This document shows positions 45,519 through 58,273 of a stretch of DNA of 64,000 bases, piece after piece (position 1 is the stretch's first letter; each line of letters starts with the position of its first letter). The stretch comes from Oikopleura dioica (lineage: Eukaryota > Animalia > Chordata), in assembly GCA_907165135.1 (NCBI GenBank), contig OU015567.1, positions 8,308,001 to 8,372,000 on the forward strand, read 5' to 3'. The notes under the pieces were generated by a model, which saw only the letters and a list, made by a program, of their open reading frames with translations, was not told the DNA's origin and made no database searches. Both the position numbers and the translations under genes were made by a program.

Positions 45519-48177
45519 GGGGCCAACTTCCCTGCGCGGAAAATAAAAACACGAATGGGATTTTTTCCAAAATCGCAAAACACGAATGGTCTTTGCCCGG
45601 AAATCGTGTTGCGCGAATGGCACTTGCACGAAAACCTCATTCGCGCAAAAACTTCCGCGCAAAACGATTTCCGCACAAAAAAACTCCATTTTTTCTCGGA
45701 TTTATTTTTTCTCGAATTTTATATTGCACGCGGAGCGTGCCATTCCCAACTGGCCCACCTTCCCAACTAACCAACCCTCCCCAACTTACTTTCTCTCGAA
45801 TTTTATATTGCACGCGGAGCGTGCCATTCCCAACTGGCCCACCTTCCCAACTAACCAACCCTTCCCAACTTATTTCCCCTCGAATAATATAGGGCACGCG
45901 GAGCGTGCCATTCCCAACTGGCCAGCCCAATTTTTTGGTCGCCCTGTTGGACTTTTTTGGTGAAAGCGTCCCTAGAAAATGGATTTTTTGCGGAATTTAT
46001 TTTTTTGTACCCACGAAATGGTTAGGATGCAACGGAGTTGGGGGCGGGTTGGGGGAAATTTTTGGTCCTCCTGTTGGACTTTTTCGGTGAAAGCGCCCCT
46101 AGAAAACGGATTTCTCGCGGAATTTATTTTTTGTACCCACGAAATAGCTAGGATGCAACGGAGTTGGGGGCGGGTTGGGGGAAATTTTTGGTCGCCCTGT
46201 TGGACTTTTTCGGTGAAATTCCCCCTGGAAAACATTTTTTGCTCGAAATTGTGGGAACTGTATTTTTATTAGCAAGAATTTAGAGTAGATTTTTTGTGAA
46301 TAAATGGCAAGAGATTTAAGATGATATTCAATATTCGGAGATTTAATTTCTAAGCCTCGTTTTTGGCAGAGATGGGGTTTTGCTACGATTTTCCTTTTGG
46401 CTGCTGATTCTAGTGGTGATATTCGTTTTGGGTTTGGGGTTGAAATTCGGGGTCAAAAAGGGGTTTGAACACTTGCGGAATACTTGCGCGAACGAACATT
46501 TGCGCGGAAAATGCTGGCCGTAACCCTAGCTAACCCTAATCCAAATTCAGACCAGGTTCAGACCTCGAAAATTCGATTTCGGCCAAATTGTGATATCGAC
46601 CCACCAATCGAAAGCTCTTGAGCTGCTGATTCTAGTGGTGATATTTATTTTGGGTTTGGGGTAGAAATTTGGGGTCGAAAAGGGGTTTGAACACTTGCGG
46701 AAAATTTGCGCGAATGAACATTTGCGCGGAAAATGGTGGCCGTAACCCTAGCTAACCCTAATCCAAATTCAGACCAGGTTCAGACCTCGAAAACTCGATT
46801 TCGGCCAAATTGTGATATCGACCCACCAATCGAAAGCTCTTGAGCTGCTGATTCTAGTGGTGATATATATTTTGGGTTTGGGGTAGAAATTTGGAGTAAA
46901 AAGGAGTTCAAGCATTTGCGGGAAGGGTGGATCCAGCGTTACATACTCCATCGAGTTCCCAATGAGGCAAAACTAATGCCAAAGCATAATTTCGGTATGA
47001 AAAGGGCACTTTCGTCGCCTGTTAATCTTCTTACGCCTGCAAAACCGTCGCCGGTGAAAAAAATCGAATAAAGCGAATAATTCGTTACTTTACGGTATTA
47101 TTTTTATCGTAAAAATAATTCGTTTTAAACGAATTATTCGTTAGGGTTACCGAATAATTCGTTTTTAAAGGCTATTTTGCCGCTAGGTTCACACTTTGGA
47201 AATGGCACGCTCCGCGTGCAATATATAATTCGAAGGTAACAAAAGCAGTACACGAGACTTTTTGCGAGAAAAAACACAAATTACAGGATAATATTCAATC
47301 ATATTGCTCGGAGAACTAATAAACCACGAAAAGGAAAATCTGTCAAAAGGAAAATCATGGCTAAACCCCGTTTCTGCCAAAAACGAGGCTTAGAAATTAA
47401 ATCTACAGGCAATATCATCCGAATATTTGAAAATTACATAAAATCTCGTGCAATTTATTCATAAAAACTAAATCTTAATTCTTACTTATAAAATGCAGTT
47501 CCCACAATTTCGAGCAAAAAATGTTTTCTAGGGGCGATTTCACCGAAAAAGTCCAACAGGGCGACCCTGACTAACTATTTCGTGGGTACAAAAAATAAAT
47601 TCCGCGAGAAATCCGTTTTCTAGGGGCGATTTCACCGAAAAAGTCCAACAGGAGGACCAAAAATTTCCCCCAACCCGCCCCCAACTTCGTTGCATCCTAA
47701 CCATTTAGTGGGTACAAAAAAAATAAATTCCGCAAAAAATCCATTTTCTAGGGGCGCTTTCACCGAAAAAGTCCAACAGGGCGACTAAAAAATTTCCCCC
47801 ATCCCACCCCCAGCTACCAACCATTTCGTGAGTACAAAAATGGCTGGCCAGTTGGGAATGGCACGCTCCGCGTGCCCTATATTATACGAGGGGAAGTAAG
47901 TTGGGAAGGGTTGGTTAGTTGGGAAGGTGGGCCAGTTGGGAATGGCACGCTCCGCGTGCAATATAAAAGTCGAGAAAGAATAAATTCGAGAAAAATGGAG
48001 TTTTTTTGCGCGGAAAACATTTGCGCGGAAAAAAAAATGCACGAAAGTGAATTTGCCAGGTTTTCGTGCAAGTGCCATTCGCGCAAAACGATTTCCGAGC
48101 AAATACCATTCGAGTTTTGCGATTTTCGGGCAATTCTTATTCGCGCACTTTTATTTCCGTGCAGTCCAATTGGCCCC
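45519..48177. mobile_element. Foldback/MULE-like non-autonomous element (2.66 kb) with roughly 850-bp modular inverted arms
   Basis: Ends ggggccaa / ttggcccc. Flanks taaaaaaa on both sides (45511-45518, 48178-48185). Arm 45519-46385 is the reverse complement of about 47360-48177. Each arm carries 84-bp and about 126-bp tandem sub-repeats. Confidence 0.85.
46401..46900. repeat. 222-bp tandem repeat (about 2.3 copies) in the foldback spacer
   Basis: ctgctgattctagtggtgat recurs at 46401, 46623 and 46845. The unit contains taaccctagctaaccctaa and gaaagctcttgag. Confidence 0.9.
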
Positions 48178-48884
48178 TAAAAAAAATATTTTTTTGTACA
48201 AAAAAATTGATCTGATATTGATAAATTCACTTCCCTCAGAAACGATTTTATAATTTTTGACTCTGCTCCAAAAACTCTGATCCGCAAAGTTTAACCCTAA
48301 ACCGATGATTTCACAAATTACCTGTCGAACTTTTCTGTCGCGCGAAATTCAGATTCGCGTTTCGAAAATGCTCATTTTCTACTCGAATGTCGCCAATTTC
48401 TCTCGTAACTGTCGATCTCAACGTGATAATCGAGATTGATTGATAATTTTTTCTCAATTGCTTGAAGAGTGTTTTTACAGAATCGAGTCATTTATAAATC
48501 GATTAATTAGCGTTTATCAGTAATTATCGTAATGCATTGCCTATTGAGCTAATTTCAAGAGAACGATACTACTAATTGAAGCTAATAATGAAAACGAAGC
48601 TTGATGAAGCGGCGTTTTTTTAATTAGCCATGAACGTAGCTAGAATGTGAGCAAAATAAACAAACCGAAAAAACAAGTTCACACACACACAACTCGGAAC
48701 GTATCTTTTTTTGCGAAAAAACGTTAATTGCTGGCATTTTTGCGAGCTACTCGTTTTTGGAGCCTGACAAATACAATTAGCGTTGTTTTCGATTCTCTAG
48801 GAGCGTGTTTGTTTGACATCTTAATTCCGTTGTTTCCAGAAATAACTCATCAATTTCACTGGTTTAATTTTATTCTGTACGTGG

Positions 48885-49040
48885 CCCTGACTCAGGACTC
48901 CTGAGCTTGAGAACTTGTTAACAGGGACAGGGTCCGTTCTCGCCAACGTGTGCGAAAAAAACTGAGTCAGGCCCTGAGTCAGGGTCTTGAAAAAGCTTCA
49001 ACATAAAAGAGGAGACTAAAAAAGCCCCTGACTCAGGTTT
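48885..49040. promoter_or_regulatory. Cluster of four AP-1-type TGA(C/G)TCA sites, mostly as CCTGA(C/G)TCAGG
   Basis: TGACTCA at 48888 and 49029; TGAGTCA at 48963 and 48975. A further cctgagtcagg lies at about 59086. Confidence 0.45.
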
Positions 49041-49263
49041 TCTGCACAGAATTTTGAGCCCAGTTGATGTCGACCGCCTTAGCTTTCAAATTTCTCTGGA
49101 ATGGAGAAAAAAATTTTGGTAGAACATTTCGATTTCTCGCGTCTTCGGCAGATTAAGCGAGAAAAACAATGAGGTTTTGCGTGTGTTTGGAATCTGCATT
49201 AGAAATGAACGGGTGGCCTGACGATTCTCACGTACTCACGATCATTTCGAATTCACGAAAAAT

Positions 49264-49750
49264 TCAAAAACTCAAAGCAGCACCAGATTCGCTAGAACTC
49301 TCTTCAAGTACATCAGCGACTCGCCCATTTTTTACAAATTTTTCAGGAAGGACATTTACATTTTTAAATCTTTCTGAACTTTTTCTTGAGAAAAATTTGC
49401 ATTTGCAGCAAAATTTCTTTTTTTCTAAGCAATTTGAAAACGCGTTATCTCGCTCTTCAAGAGCTTTTTTCCAAAGTTCTCCCACTTTTGGGCTTTCTCA
49501 CATTGATTTTGGAAAGAAAAGTAAGTTCAACTTTCAGACACTTCAAAAATCTTCCCACACACGAATCTCAACGTCGGCGACACTCCCAGGAACGCGGCTT
49601 TGACAAATTAACGCGAATTCGTCGGTTAGGAAGGAAACCAAACGGTCGTAGAGATTTTTAGGAAATGCGAAGAGCAGCTCATCTTTGACCGCGGAACATA
49701 GATTTTGCTCATGTTTGAGAAAATATCACTAGCACGATGATTTGTCGGCC
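49264..49750 (-). CDS. Possible hypothetical spliced gene
   Basis: Open frames AVKDELLFAFPKNLYDRLVSFLTDEFALICQSRVPGSVADVEIRVWEDF and GELWKKALEERDNAFSNCLEKKKFCCKCKFF. Junctions not resolved. Confidence 0.3.
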
Positions 49751-50616
49751 TTAAATCTGGACCCTTTAATTCTTTGAAAACAAGCCAAAAATTACTTTCT
49801 ACATTTCCTCCTTCCGATAAAAAAATTATTCTATCACGCTTCTGATTGGTCGACCTCAGACCAAGGCTTAGATCAACCAATCAGAATCCTGATAAGTTTC
49901 GTTATCGTGAATTAAAGTTGAAGCGCTGTTTTGTCCTTCTTTATTGTTATTGGCTAGAATATTAGCCAATAAGAGCAATGAAAAACAAAACAGCGCCACC
50001 AGTTGATATTTTCGAATACGCTTCACAAGTAGAATTCTAAAAAGAAATGTTTGTTCTCATGAAAGTTCAGCAAAACAGCGCTTCTAGCAGTAGCATGCTT
50101 ATTACTCGATAGATCATTGATATCAAACTAATCTTTTCGAGAAAAAAAGTTGACGAATTAGAAAAAGTGCCGCTCGATCAAAAACCCAAGCTCGTTCCGG
50201 TTTTATATTGCTGGATAATCCATCATCTTCGCATTTGCTTCTTCTAATCGATTGCCAATGTCAGAACAAAATTCGAAAAATATCAAAGCCGCGCAAAGCC
50301 TCAAATCACTGGCATCAAAATATCTCAAACGTCAGATCCAGTCGGTAAGTCTGACGAAAAATTGGTCGCGCCTTTTAACGCGGTGAATTTCAGATTAGAA
50401 TAGCCGCCGCTTTTTTTCGCGACGTCAGGGTTTTTTGCGCAGCAGCTAGCGAAAATCTTACGTAAGGGGAACGTGTAATTAACCGACAGATTCTTGGACA
50501 AAATATCAATCTGATTATCCGGTAAAGTTCAAATTGCCCAAAACGATAAGTTTTGCCTCACATGATTAATGGAAGGATTGTTTATGGAAAGATCAAGATC
50601 GTCTTTTTTGAATAAT

Positions 50617-50735
50617 CTAACCAATCAAATGAGCGGAAATAAGAAACTGCGCCACCTAGATCTCCAATTTTAGGGAATCGCTTTGAGATCTAGGTGGCGC
50701 AGTTTCTTTTTTTCTAGCTTTTGATTGGTTCGATC
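50617..50735. repeat. Short hairpin element carrying AGGTGGCGC and CCAAT motifs
   Basis: aagaaactgcgccacctagatctc...gagatctaggtggcgcagtttctt perfect 24-bp stem, flanked by aaccaatcaaa / tttgattggtt. Confidence 0.75.
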
Positions 50736-53700
50736 ATTATCTGCTCCTGATATTCCTCTTTCTTTTTTCTCAGTAAAAACTTTCCAAAAGCTTTTTTCTT
50801 GTCTTTTTAGAAGCTAACCGCGTTTAACAGTTATTACCAAGATCAACCGCGCCCGGACTTTAGGGATTTCCTCCCGCGTCTTTGACTGGAAATTCATGCA
50901 AAGTACTGTTATCCGAGCTACCCGAGCGAATTTCGTCTTTGAACACGCCCTTCTATCTTCTCCCTTGGTTTCGCTCACTCGAGATCAAAATTTAATTACC
51001 CACGTGTTTCACTGATCGAATGGAACTTGTTTAACTCGATAATGAGAATGTTGATAGTTGATAATAAAAACTTGGTTATTTTTGGTTGAACCGGTAATCA
51101 CCAAAGTTGGAAACCACCAAAGCACGTTGCTGCAAGTTTTCGATAAGATAAGCTTGGCAATTTTTTCGCCTCGTCAATTGATTTTTTACCGCAGCATCCG
51201 ACATACGCGCTTTTCAGAATTCGGAACTTTGCCGCAGCGACAAATCTCTGAGGCTCGATGAGGAAGTCCCTTTTGATGGAGCAGCGGTTGGCTCACATCC
51301 TGGGCCATTTTTCAACTTGAATATTTTGGAAGCGACACGCTTGTTAAATAAGAAGTTTTACAGTATTGAGTATTCTTCAGGCTTCAAGTGGGCACGATTC
51401 GATCGAAGATGCGCGAACCTGTATTCAACTTCTTAACTGGAGACTTGGTAAGTTGACGCACTCGGAAACCAGAGATTTATGACGGGATAGAGGTACAATC
51501 TCGAGATGAGCACGACTTTTAGAGATTATCAGCTAAATTACCGGATTTTTTTTCTTGCCGATGATTTCCAAAAAATAGGACGAGGTTGTTATATCATTAA
51601 TCTTTCGCCATATTGCTATAGCAAATCTTATTTATAAGAAAATCAGAAATTCTAGCGTTAAATTTTCAATTTTCGCAAAAGCAACTCAATTTCCGCGAAG
51701 GAGGCTGCGGCTGGAAATTGAATCACTCCCGATAAGCATTTTCAGTTATTTTGCGGTGACCGTGAAAAAGGTCAGTTTCAGATAAATCTCTGCCGCGCCC
51801 GAGATTATCGGGAGAATATTCAGTCTTTGGCCCGCTTTTTTTGACGGACGGAGAAACAGATCTCGACATTTGTAACAGTAGTAAATTTGTTAGAATTTCA
51901 AAAATTTTAGAAACGATGGGAAAAATCAGCAACGCGTAATGTTAGGAGCTACGACTAGGGTGCGGCGCTTGTGGAAAAATAAGAGGGAAGCAGTATTTTA
52001 CGCGCTTGAGAAATAACTCTTGTATAATTTACGAGAGGATTATTTTTAGATCAAGAAAACACGGGTTCACGCTTCGGATTTTTAATAAAAAATTTTTAGT
52101 TATTTTGACTACAGGTCTTTTTGATGTTTTTAATTGGTCAAAAACCAGTTCGAAAATAGCGCCACCTTTTTCTGAGATCTCAATTCTGATGGGCTTATTT
52201 TTCAAACTTGATATTTCAAAGAAAAATATCAAAGATATTCCATCTTAGACTCTCTAAAGCAACTGGTCAAGTTTTCGTTTCAATTTTAACCGCGAATCTT
52301 CGCGGTCAATCGTCACCAACTTGGTCACAGCTTTTGGAGACATCTAACACCAAGATCAAGGAAAATATAATTTTGCGTTTGAGAAAACATACCTGCTTCT
52401 ATAACTCTTCTTCTATTTTTTACCGGCAAAGAGGGAGAGAGTCCAGGAAAAAAAGTGAATCAATAATGATTTGAACCGAAAATTTAGCGCTCTAAAAGCG
52501 CCCTCAGAAGACGCAAAACGCAGCTGCTTGTTCGTAAATCCCGACAAAGAAAGATTTTTATGTAAGACGAGTGAACTGGGCAGATGAAACGAGTCACGTG
52601 CGCTCACTCTTTACAACATCATCTCAGCCAGGTGAAAATCCTAAACTTGCGAGAGAAAAGCTCTTGAATCCGGTGGAAAACGGCACACTCGTCGCTTGAA
52701 ATTTGAAGAGTACCTCACGTTTTTCACTTTGAGTTTATTTTTGAAAGCAAAAAGTTGAAAATCAACCAATCAAAATTCAGATTTTCGAAGTAGATGGCGC
52801 TTTTTGATTTCGGAAACTGACTTATTTGGCGAAAATAATCACCACGTTTAACCTAAATGGAAACGTATGTTTTTGAATCAATTTACTGATAACCAAAGAA
52901 TAGACACCGTAGCCCCCTTAATCCTTCCAATTCTCCTGTCGAGGAAAGTCTCAGCCAATCTCTCACTCTTTCCTTCTTTGACGCTGATAACGGCACGTTT
53001 TCTAGTATGAACGGAAAGGCCTAAAACGGACTCATCCTCTTATCGCCATTTTCGAAGGATTTATACTAAACGGCGAATTGAAAAATCACCACCGGTGTTT
53101 TTTCCTTGTTCTATCAATTTTTTCCAGCTCGCTCTTCAAAGTCGCTGAAAGCGTTTTTTAAAGAAAAAGTCCAAACCTACTCGACCTTTTTTTTCACATG
53201 CGAAGCGTATTTTAGACCCAACCTCTTTAAGATTTCCGCCAAAAAGAGGTTGCCTATATTTTCATGTCCGTTTCCAATCCTCCCCGAACTTCCTACCGCA
53301 CCTCTAAACAAGTGTCCCGTGAAACCGTTTTTTCACATTTTTGCGGTGGATTTTTCTCCGTTTCAAAGGAAACAAATACACATGCCGCAGCGGAAATCCC
53401 ATTTATTGCGTTTCTCCCTTTTTCTTTTCCCAAACTGCTTGTCGGAAATAAGCAAGGCGTGCCCGACTTCCTCAAAATCAAGAGGCAACTGACATTTTTT
53501 CCAAAACCGAGAGCACATGTTTAGGATGCTGTTGAAATATTGTATCTAACTTTCTGTAGGAGAAGTGACTCAGTATTTCACTATCAGGGGGTTGAGAGAT
53601 TTTCCGACTTTCTGAAGAGTACTTGAGTGATAAACCAAGGTCACGTGCTCAATTTAGAACACGCCGGGCGAGCTGTAATTGCTTTACGCGCGGCTGACAC

Positions 53701-54958
53701 CTCATGGGAAAACATACAGTCAGTTCTACTCGCTAGTAGCTGCGTGATATTCGCATATTTAGACAGTACCAATTAGATTTTAGGGGCTCTACCGCTAATA
53801 CCTAACTTAAAGGATTTCGCTAATATTTACTATTTTTTCGTCGAAAGTCTTTCTAAAATTAGTTTGGATAAGTTATCCGACGAAGAGGGGCTTTCTTAGG
53901 CAAACTTATGCGAAATCCCTGGATTTGAGCTAAATAGCTTGTTTTGCACAGAGCTTAGGTTGAACAAGCTTTTCCCCGTCGTATTTGTTAAATATTATGA
54001 CTCTCTGGGGCTAATATTTGATTGGCATGTGCATTCTTTGTTTGGCGAGGGCTGACGAACTTTACGTTTTTGTTTGATTGGGTTAATGGCACTTAAAAGA
54101 AATAGGTAAACTTGATTGTTTTCAAGCCAATCAAAAACCGGTAAATTTTCGGTATTTCAAGTAAATTCTGCGCTTTCGAAACTCATCTTCGGGGAAATGG
54201 TACAGTAGAAAATGTTCGCTAATTCCCAAGTGCCGATGAGCCGCAAATGATGATAAGCGCAAACCTCAAAAGTTGCGTTCAGCTGTGCACTAGAATATTT
54301 TTCCGAACCGATGTGGTTTGCCGAAGATCTCTCGGTAGATGAACTCATCATTCAATCTAACAGATTAACGAGAAAATTACTTTCGTTTCTGGTAATTATT
54401 TTTTGGATTTTCAAATCGGCGGAGGCGATTCTAAACCTGTGAGGTTGTCTTGATATGAATACCGCAAGATTTTTGATTAGAATCCTTGTCGGCCCTCAAA
54501 GGGTTAACTTCGACCGCTTAGATAAGTAAAATTTAGAACGAGTTAAGCAGATTTTCCAGGCAAAAAAGTGCTGGCTTGGACTGGAAAAGCTTTGGGCTCT
54601 CATGAAAGCTCATTTTTCGAAGTTTACCTTTTCTCTCGAATTGATCCTCTTTCGAGTCAAAAATCTGCAAAACCAGAAGTCAGTTCATTTCTCGCGGAAT
54701 ATTTTTAAATACACTCGACTTTGGACGACGTGTCCTCGCCGGCACTAAAATAAACGGAATCCTTAACCTACTGCTACGGCTAAGACAAGTTCTATCTTGC
54801 TCTAAATTGAGGGCTCTCTGGTTGGATTGAGTACGTGGATGGGTTAAGAATGGCGAAATTACTGTTATTTCTCAATTTTCTTTCTACTGTTGAAATCAGT
54901 TGTTCACCCGATTTCTACTAGTTACGCATACTTTTACAACTCCTGAAAACACGCGTCA

Positions 54959-55105
54959 CATACGTTTTAGCATATTTATATGAATGTAAGACGTAAGCCA
55001 AACAATTCCGCTTCAGCAGATTACTCCGGCACAATCAATACAACTTTGGTGAGCTAAAGTATGCGCTCTTACGTCTTATATGCATATAATATGTAAAATA
55101 CGTAT
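54959..55105. repeat. About 150-bp degenerate inverted-repeat element (MITE-like)
   Basis: tacgttttagcatatttatatgaatgtaagacgtaag is an imperfect reverse complement of cttacgtcttatatgcatataatatgtaaaatacgta. Confidence 0.55.
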
Positions 55106-55349
55106 GCGGCGCTCATGTTACCTCGAATTGCAATTTCAAAATGTATGCTTTTCGCAAAAACGTTGTATTCCAATTCGAGTGATCTCAAGCTTTCACATCC
55201 TTTCAAGAAAAAGCGGAAAACCACGAGTACTGTCAAGCAGACTTTTTAAATAGCAACAACAAATAGACACTATCTATTTTCGAATTTGAAGTGAGCTTTT
55301 CGAGTCTCGAACGCTCCAGTTTTTTGGAAATCTTATCGGCAAGAAAAAG

Positions 55350-55865
55350 GAGAGAATTTCGGGCTCTTGGAATTTTACCTCGATCCGGTCAAATGTGAAA
55401 AATGTTCCGATAAGCGTCCGGAAATAGCGAGAGCAAGAATTGGCTCTTTTAAAAGAAATGATTCAGGTTTCGAGCAGCGAATTTCAAAGGGGATCTACAA
55501 GAATGTTGAAGGAATGGGGACGAACCACAATTTTATAAATTGTTTCTAATTGATTGAACCATGCAGCGACTCTAAATTTTCATCAAAAATCACCATAGAT
55601 GGCGCTTTCACCGCTTGACCAATCAGAAAGCTCAAAATTGATTGGTTGGCAAGCGGAAAAAAGCGCCATCTATGGCGATTTTTCTCAAAAATACTAATTT
55701 ACTTGAAAAAGGTTCGTCCCTTGAAAAAGAGGCGAAAGAAGCAGTTCTCCTCGCTGCGAAAATGGAACCTGGCTTGAACTTGACGAATCCGGGTCAATTT
55801 CGCCGTACGCTCGAGTCGCTCAACATCAAACTCGCCTGGGAAAATAACATCTACAACTGGGCCAG
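55350..55865 (+). CDS. Possible hypothetical spliced gene, with a hairpin element (55591-55677) in an intron
   Basis: Open frames EFYLDPVKCEKCSDKRPEIARARIGSFKRND... and EKEAKEAVLLAAKMEPGLNLTNPGQFRRTLESLNIKLAWENNIYNWA, ending at an AG|GTAATC donor. Confidence 0.35.
55591..55677. repeat. Hairpin element CACCATAGATGGCGC...GCGCCATCTATGGCG with central CCAAT/ATTGG
   Basis: Visible inverted symmetry. Related copies at 57421-57486, 52764-52800 and 23059-23094. Confidence 0.7.
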
Positions 55866-56159
55866 GTAATCATTACTACAGTAATACTGCTTGTAGCAGG
55901 TCACTAATTGGCGTTTAAATTTCGTGAGGGTCGCTCAGTAAAGCATGTTTTTGGATCAATTTCTGTGGCGTTTTAGCAGATCAGTTAATTAGAAAAAGCA
56001 GTGTAAGAGCCAGGTGCCGCTTAGTGCCGCTTATCATTTTGGAGTATATTTTTATACAAGCTCCTTCGGTCAAGGAACAAAACTTCGAACTGCGCACTGA
56101 AGCTGATCCGACGCATTCTGGGAGCGACTGTATTTTTCCCGAAACAAAGAATACCGTAT

Positions 56160-58081
56160 TAGACTTGTCGAAAATGTTTCTAGTTCTGCATCTGCTCATT
56201 TCAGAGGATGCAAACCATCAAAAATCTATTTGTGGTTTTTTAAACTTATTAAGAGAGTACGCGAGAAAACACAATCGTTTTTCTTTGTGATTAAGCCGTG
56301 TTTTGTTGATTTGAAAATCGAGTTTTTGCAACGTCGTATTCTGAATACGTAGGGTAAATCACTAATAATTGAGCTTTTTTTTGGGCTAAGTAGGGTAGGC
56401 ATATAATACCGTTTTAGAAAGCCCAGAAGCTGGGGATCATTTTGACTATTGATACTGGGGGGTGATCTTGTACCCTGAGGGCATTTAGGTACCTCCAAAG
56501 TCCCAAAATCTGGCCAATTTCAGAAATTTGAATTTTTGAGTGCCTGAGTGGCCTTTCAGAGCCAGTGACTATGCTAGAATTGTAGCCCAGGCTCTGACGG
56601 TCATTTTGAGATATAGAAAGTACTGACACCCGGGGTTCCTGAGGAGCTAGAGGCTCTTGAAGTTGGGAACTCGACAAAAATGAGTACATTTTCATTAAAA
56701 GTACAGCATTTGTGTCACAAATGCCTTCAAAGACTTTTTATCTATGTTTCTTCATTGAAGAATGTTAAAGAAATCATTTGGGGTCATCTGAGGTCACTTT
56801 AGGTCAGAAATTTTGAAAATTTAGAAAACTGTCATGAGTGACCTAATCTGACCTCGGATGACCCCAAATGATTTCTTTAACATTTTTCAATGAAGAAACA
56901 TAGATAAAAGTCTTTGAAGGCATTTGTGACACAAATGCTGTACTTTTTATGAAAAAGTACTCATTTTTTGTCGAGTTCCCCAACTTCAAGAGCCTCTAGC
57001 TCCTCAGGAACCCCCGGGTGTCAGTACTTTTCTATATCTCAAAATGACCGTCAGAACCTGGGCTACAATTCTAGCATAGTGGCTGGATCTGAAAGGCCAG
57101 TCCAGGCACTCAAAAATTCAAATTTCTGAAATTGGCCAGATTTTGGGACTTTGGAGGTACCTAAATGCCCTCAGGGTACAAGATCACCCCCCAGTATCAA
57201 TAGTCAAAATGATCCCCAGCTTCTGGGCTTTCTAAAACGGTATTTTATGCCTACCCTACTTAGCCCAAAAAAGCTTAATTATTAGTGATTTACCCTATGA
57301 ATACGACTTCCAAGCTGACTCCTAAAATGGGACATACTCGTGAGTCGCGCAAATTTTTGACGTAATGATAAATAATTCCGAAAACTCGATTTTCCAAATC
57401 AACAAAACACGGCTTGAATAACCATAGATAGCGCTATTTTATTGCTTTTTGATTGGTCAAGCCGAAATATTGCGCCATCTACGGTGAGCTAAGTTGAAAT
57501 GAAATCGAATATTGTAATCGCATTTTCGCGTCGATTTCGTAAAACAGTGACGTAATTACTATTCCTTGCGAAAATTCGTTAACAGTTAATTCTCCCTGTA
57601 ATCCATATTGGCATGGAAAGCGCGAATTCCGAGCCGGCCGGGCGAGATTCCAACTTCCAATTCGACAAAACCCACGTTATTTTAGTTGAGCCAAATCGAC
57701 TGCTCAAGAATTTCGGACTATTTACAGCGTTTAGCAGCGAAATATGCGCTACAAACGTCTTCGGCATTTTAAGCAAGGATAAAGTGAGTGGTTAATCGGG
57801 CTCATCGTGAGTTACCGTCATTTCCAACATGTTCAGAATCGACAGTTGAATTAAGGGAGTAGACGTCTTAACTTTTTTACTTTTAAATAAAATCGTTAAG
57901 GGTGTCACTATACTAATTTGAGGAAAAGGAAAGCAATTGTGTTTTTCTCGCGTACTCTCTTAATAACTTATTAATTATAACTTATTAATAATAAGTTTCA
58001 AAAACCGCAAATAGATTTTTGATGGTTTGCATCCTCTGAAATGAGCAGATGCAGAACTAGAAACATTTTCGACAAGTCTAA
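56160..58081. mobile_element. Outer inverted-repeat element (about 120-150-bp arms) enclosing nested elements
   Basis: 56160-56280 (tagacttgtcgaaaatgtttctagttctgcatctgctcatttcagaggatgcaaaccatcaaaaatctatttg...) is the reverse complement of about 57925-58081. TA flanks both ends of the gacttgtc/gacaagtc termini. Confidence 0.75.
56350..57297. mobile_element. Palindromic (foldback-like) hAT MITE, copy 2 (948 bp)
   Basis: Ends tagggtaaatcactaat / attagtgatttacccta. 8-bp TSD tgaatacg at 56342-56349 and 57298-57305. Homologous to 33121-34070. Confidence 0.95.
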
Positions 58082-58273
58082 GCAAGATTATAAAGAAAAG
58101 AAAGACGTAGTCAAAATATTTGCCAGGAACTATGCGCTAAGCCAAAAAATGGCACCTGCTAGCTGCACGAACCGCGAAATAGCCACTGATCTGTTCTTTT
58201 AGCGAGCGACTGGTTGGCCATGGATCTGCCGACTTTTACCCAAAGGAACCGATCTTTAGAAACAGTTTCGCAT

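Noticed and set aside
46520-46765. TAACCCTA telomere-like motifs
   Set aside because: Only two imperfect units per 222-bp repeat, inside a transposon. Not an interstitial telomere array.
45458-48253. Cluster of ORFs within the foldback element
   Set aside because: They are translations of tandem sub-repeats in several frames and show no transposase (DDE) or other domain features.
56046-56100. FGQGTKL, an immunoglobulin J-like peptide in one frame
   Set aside because: No upstream V-domain Cys/Trp pattern and no RSS. The splice phase is ambiguous, so this is most likely chance.
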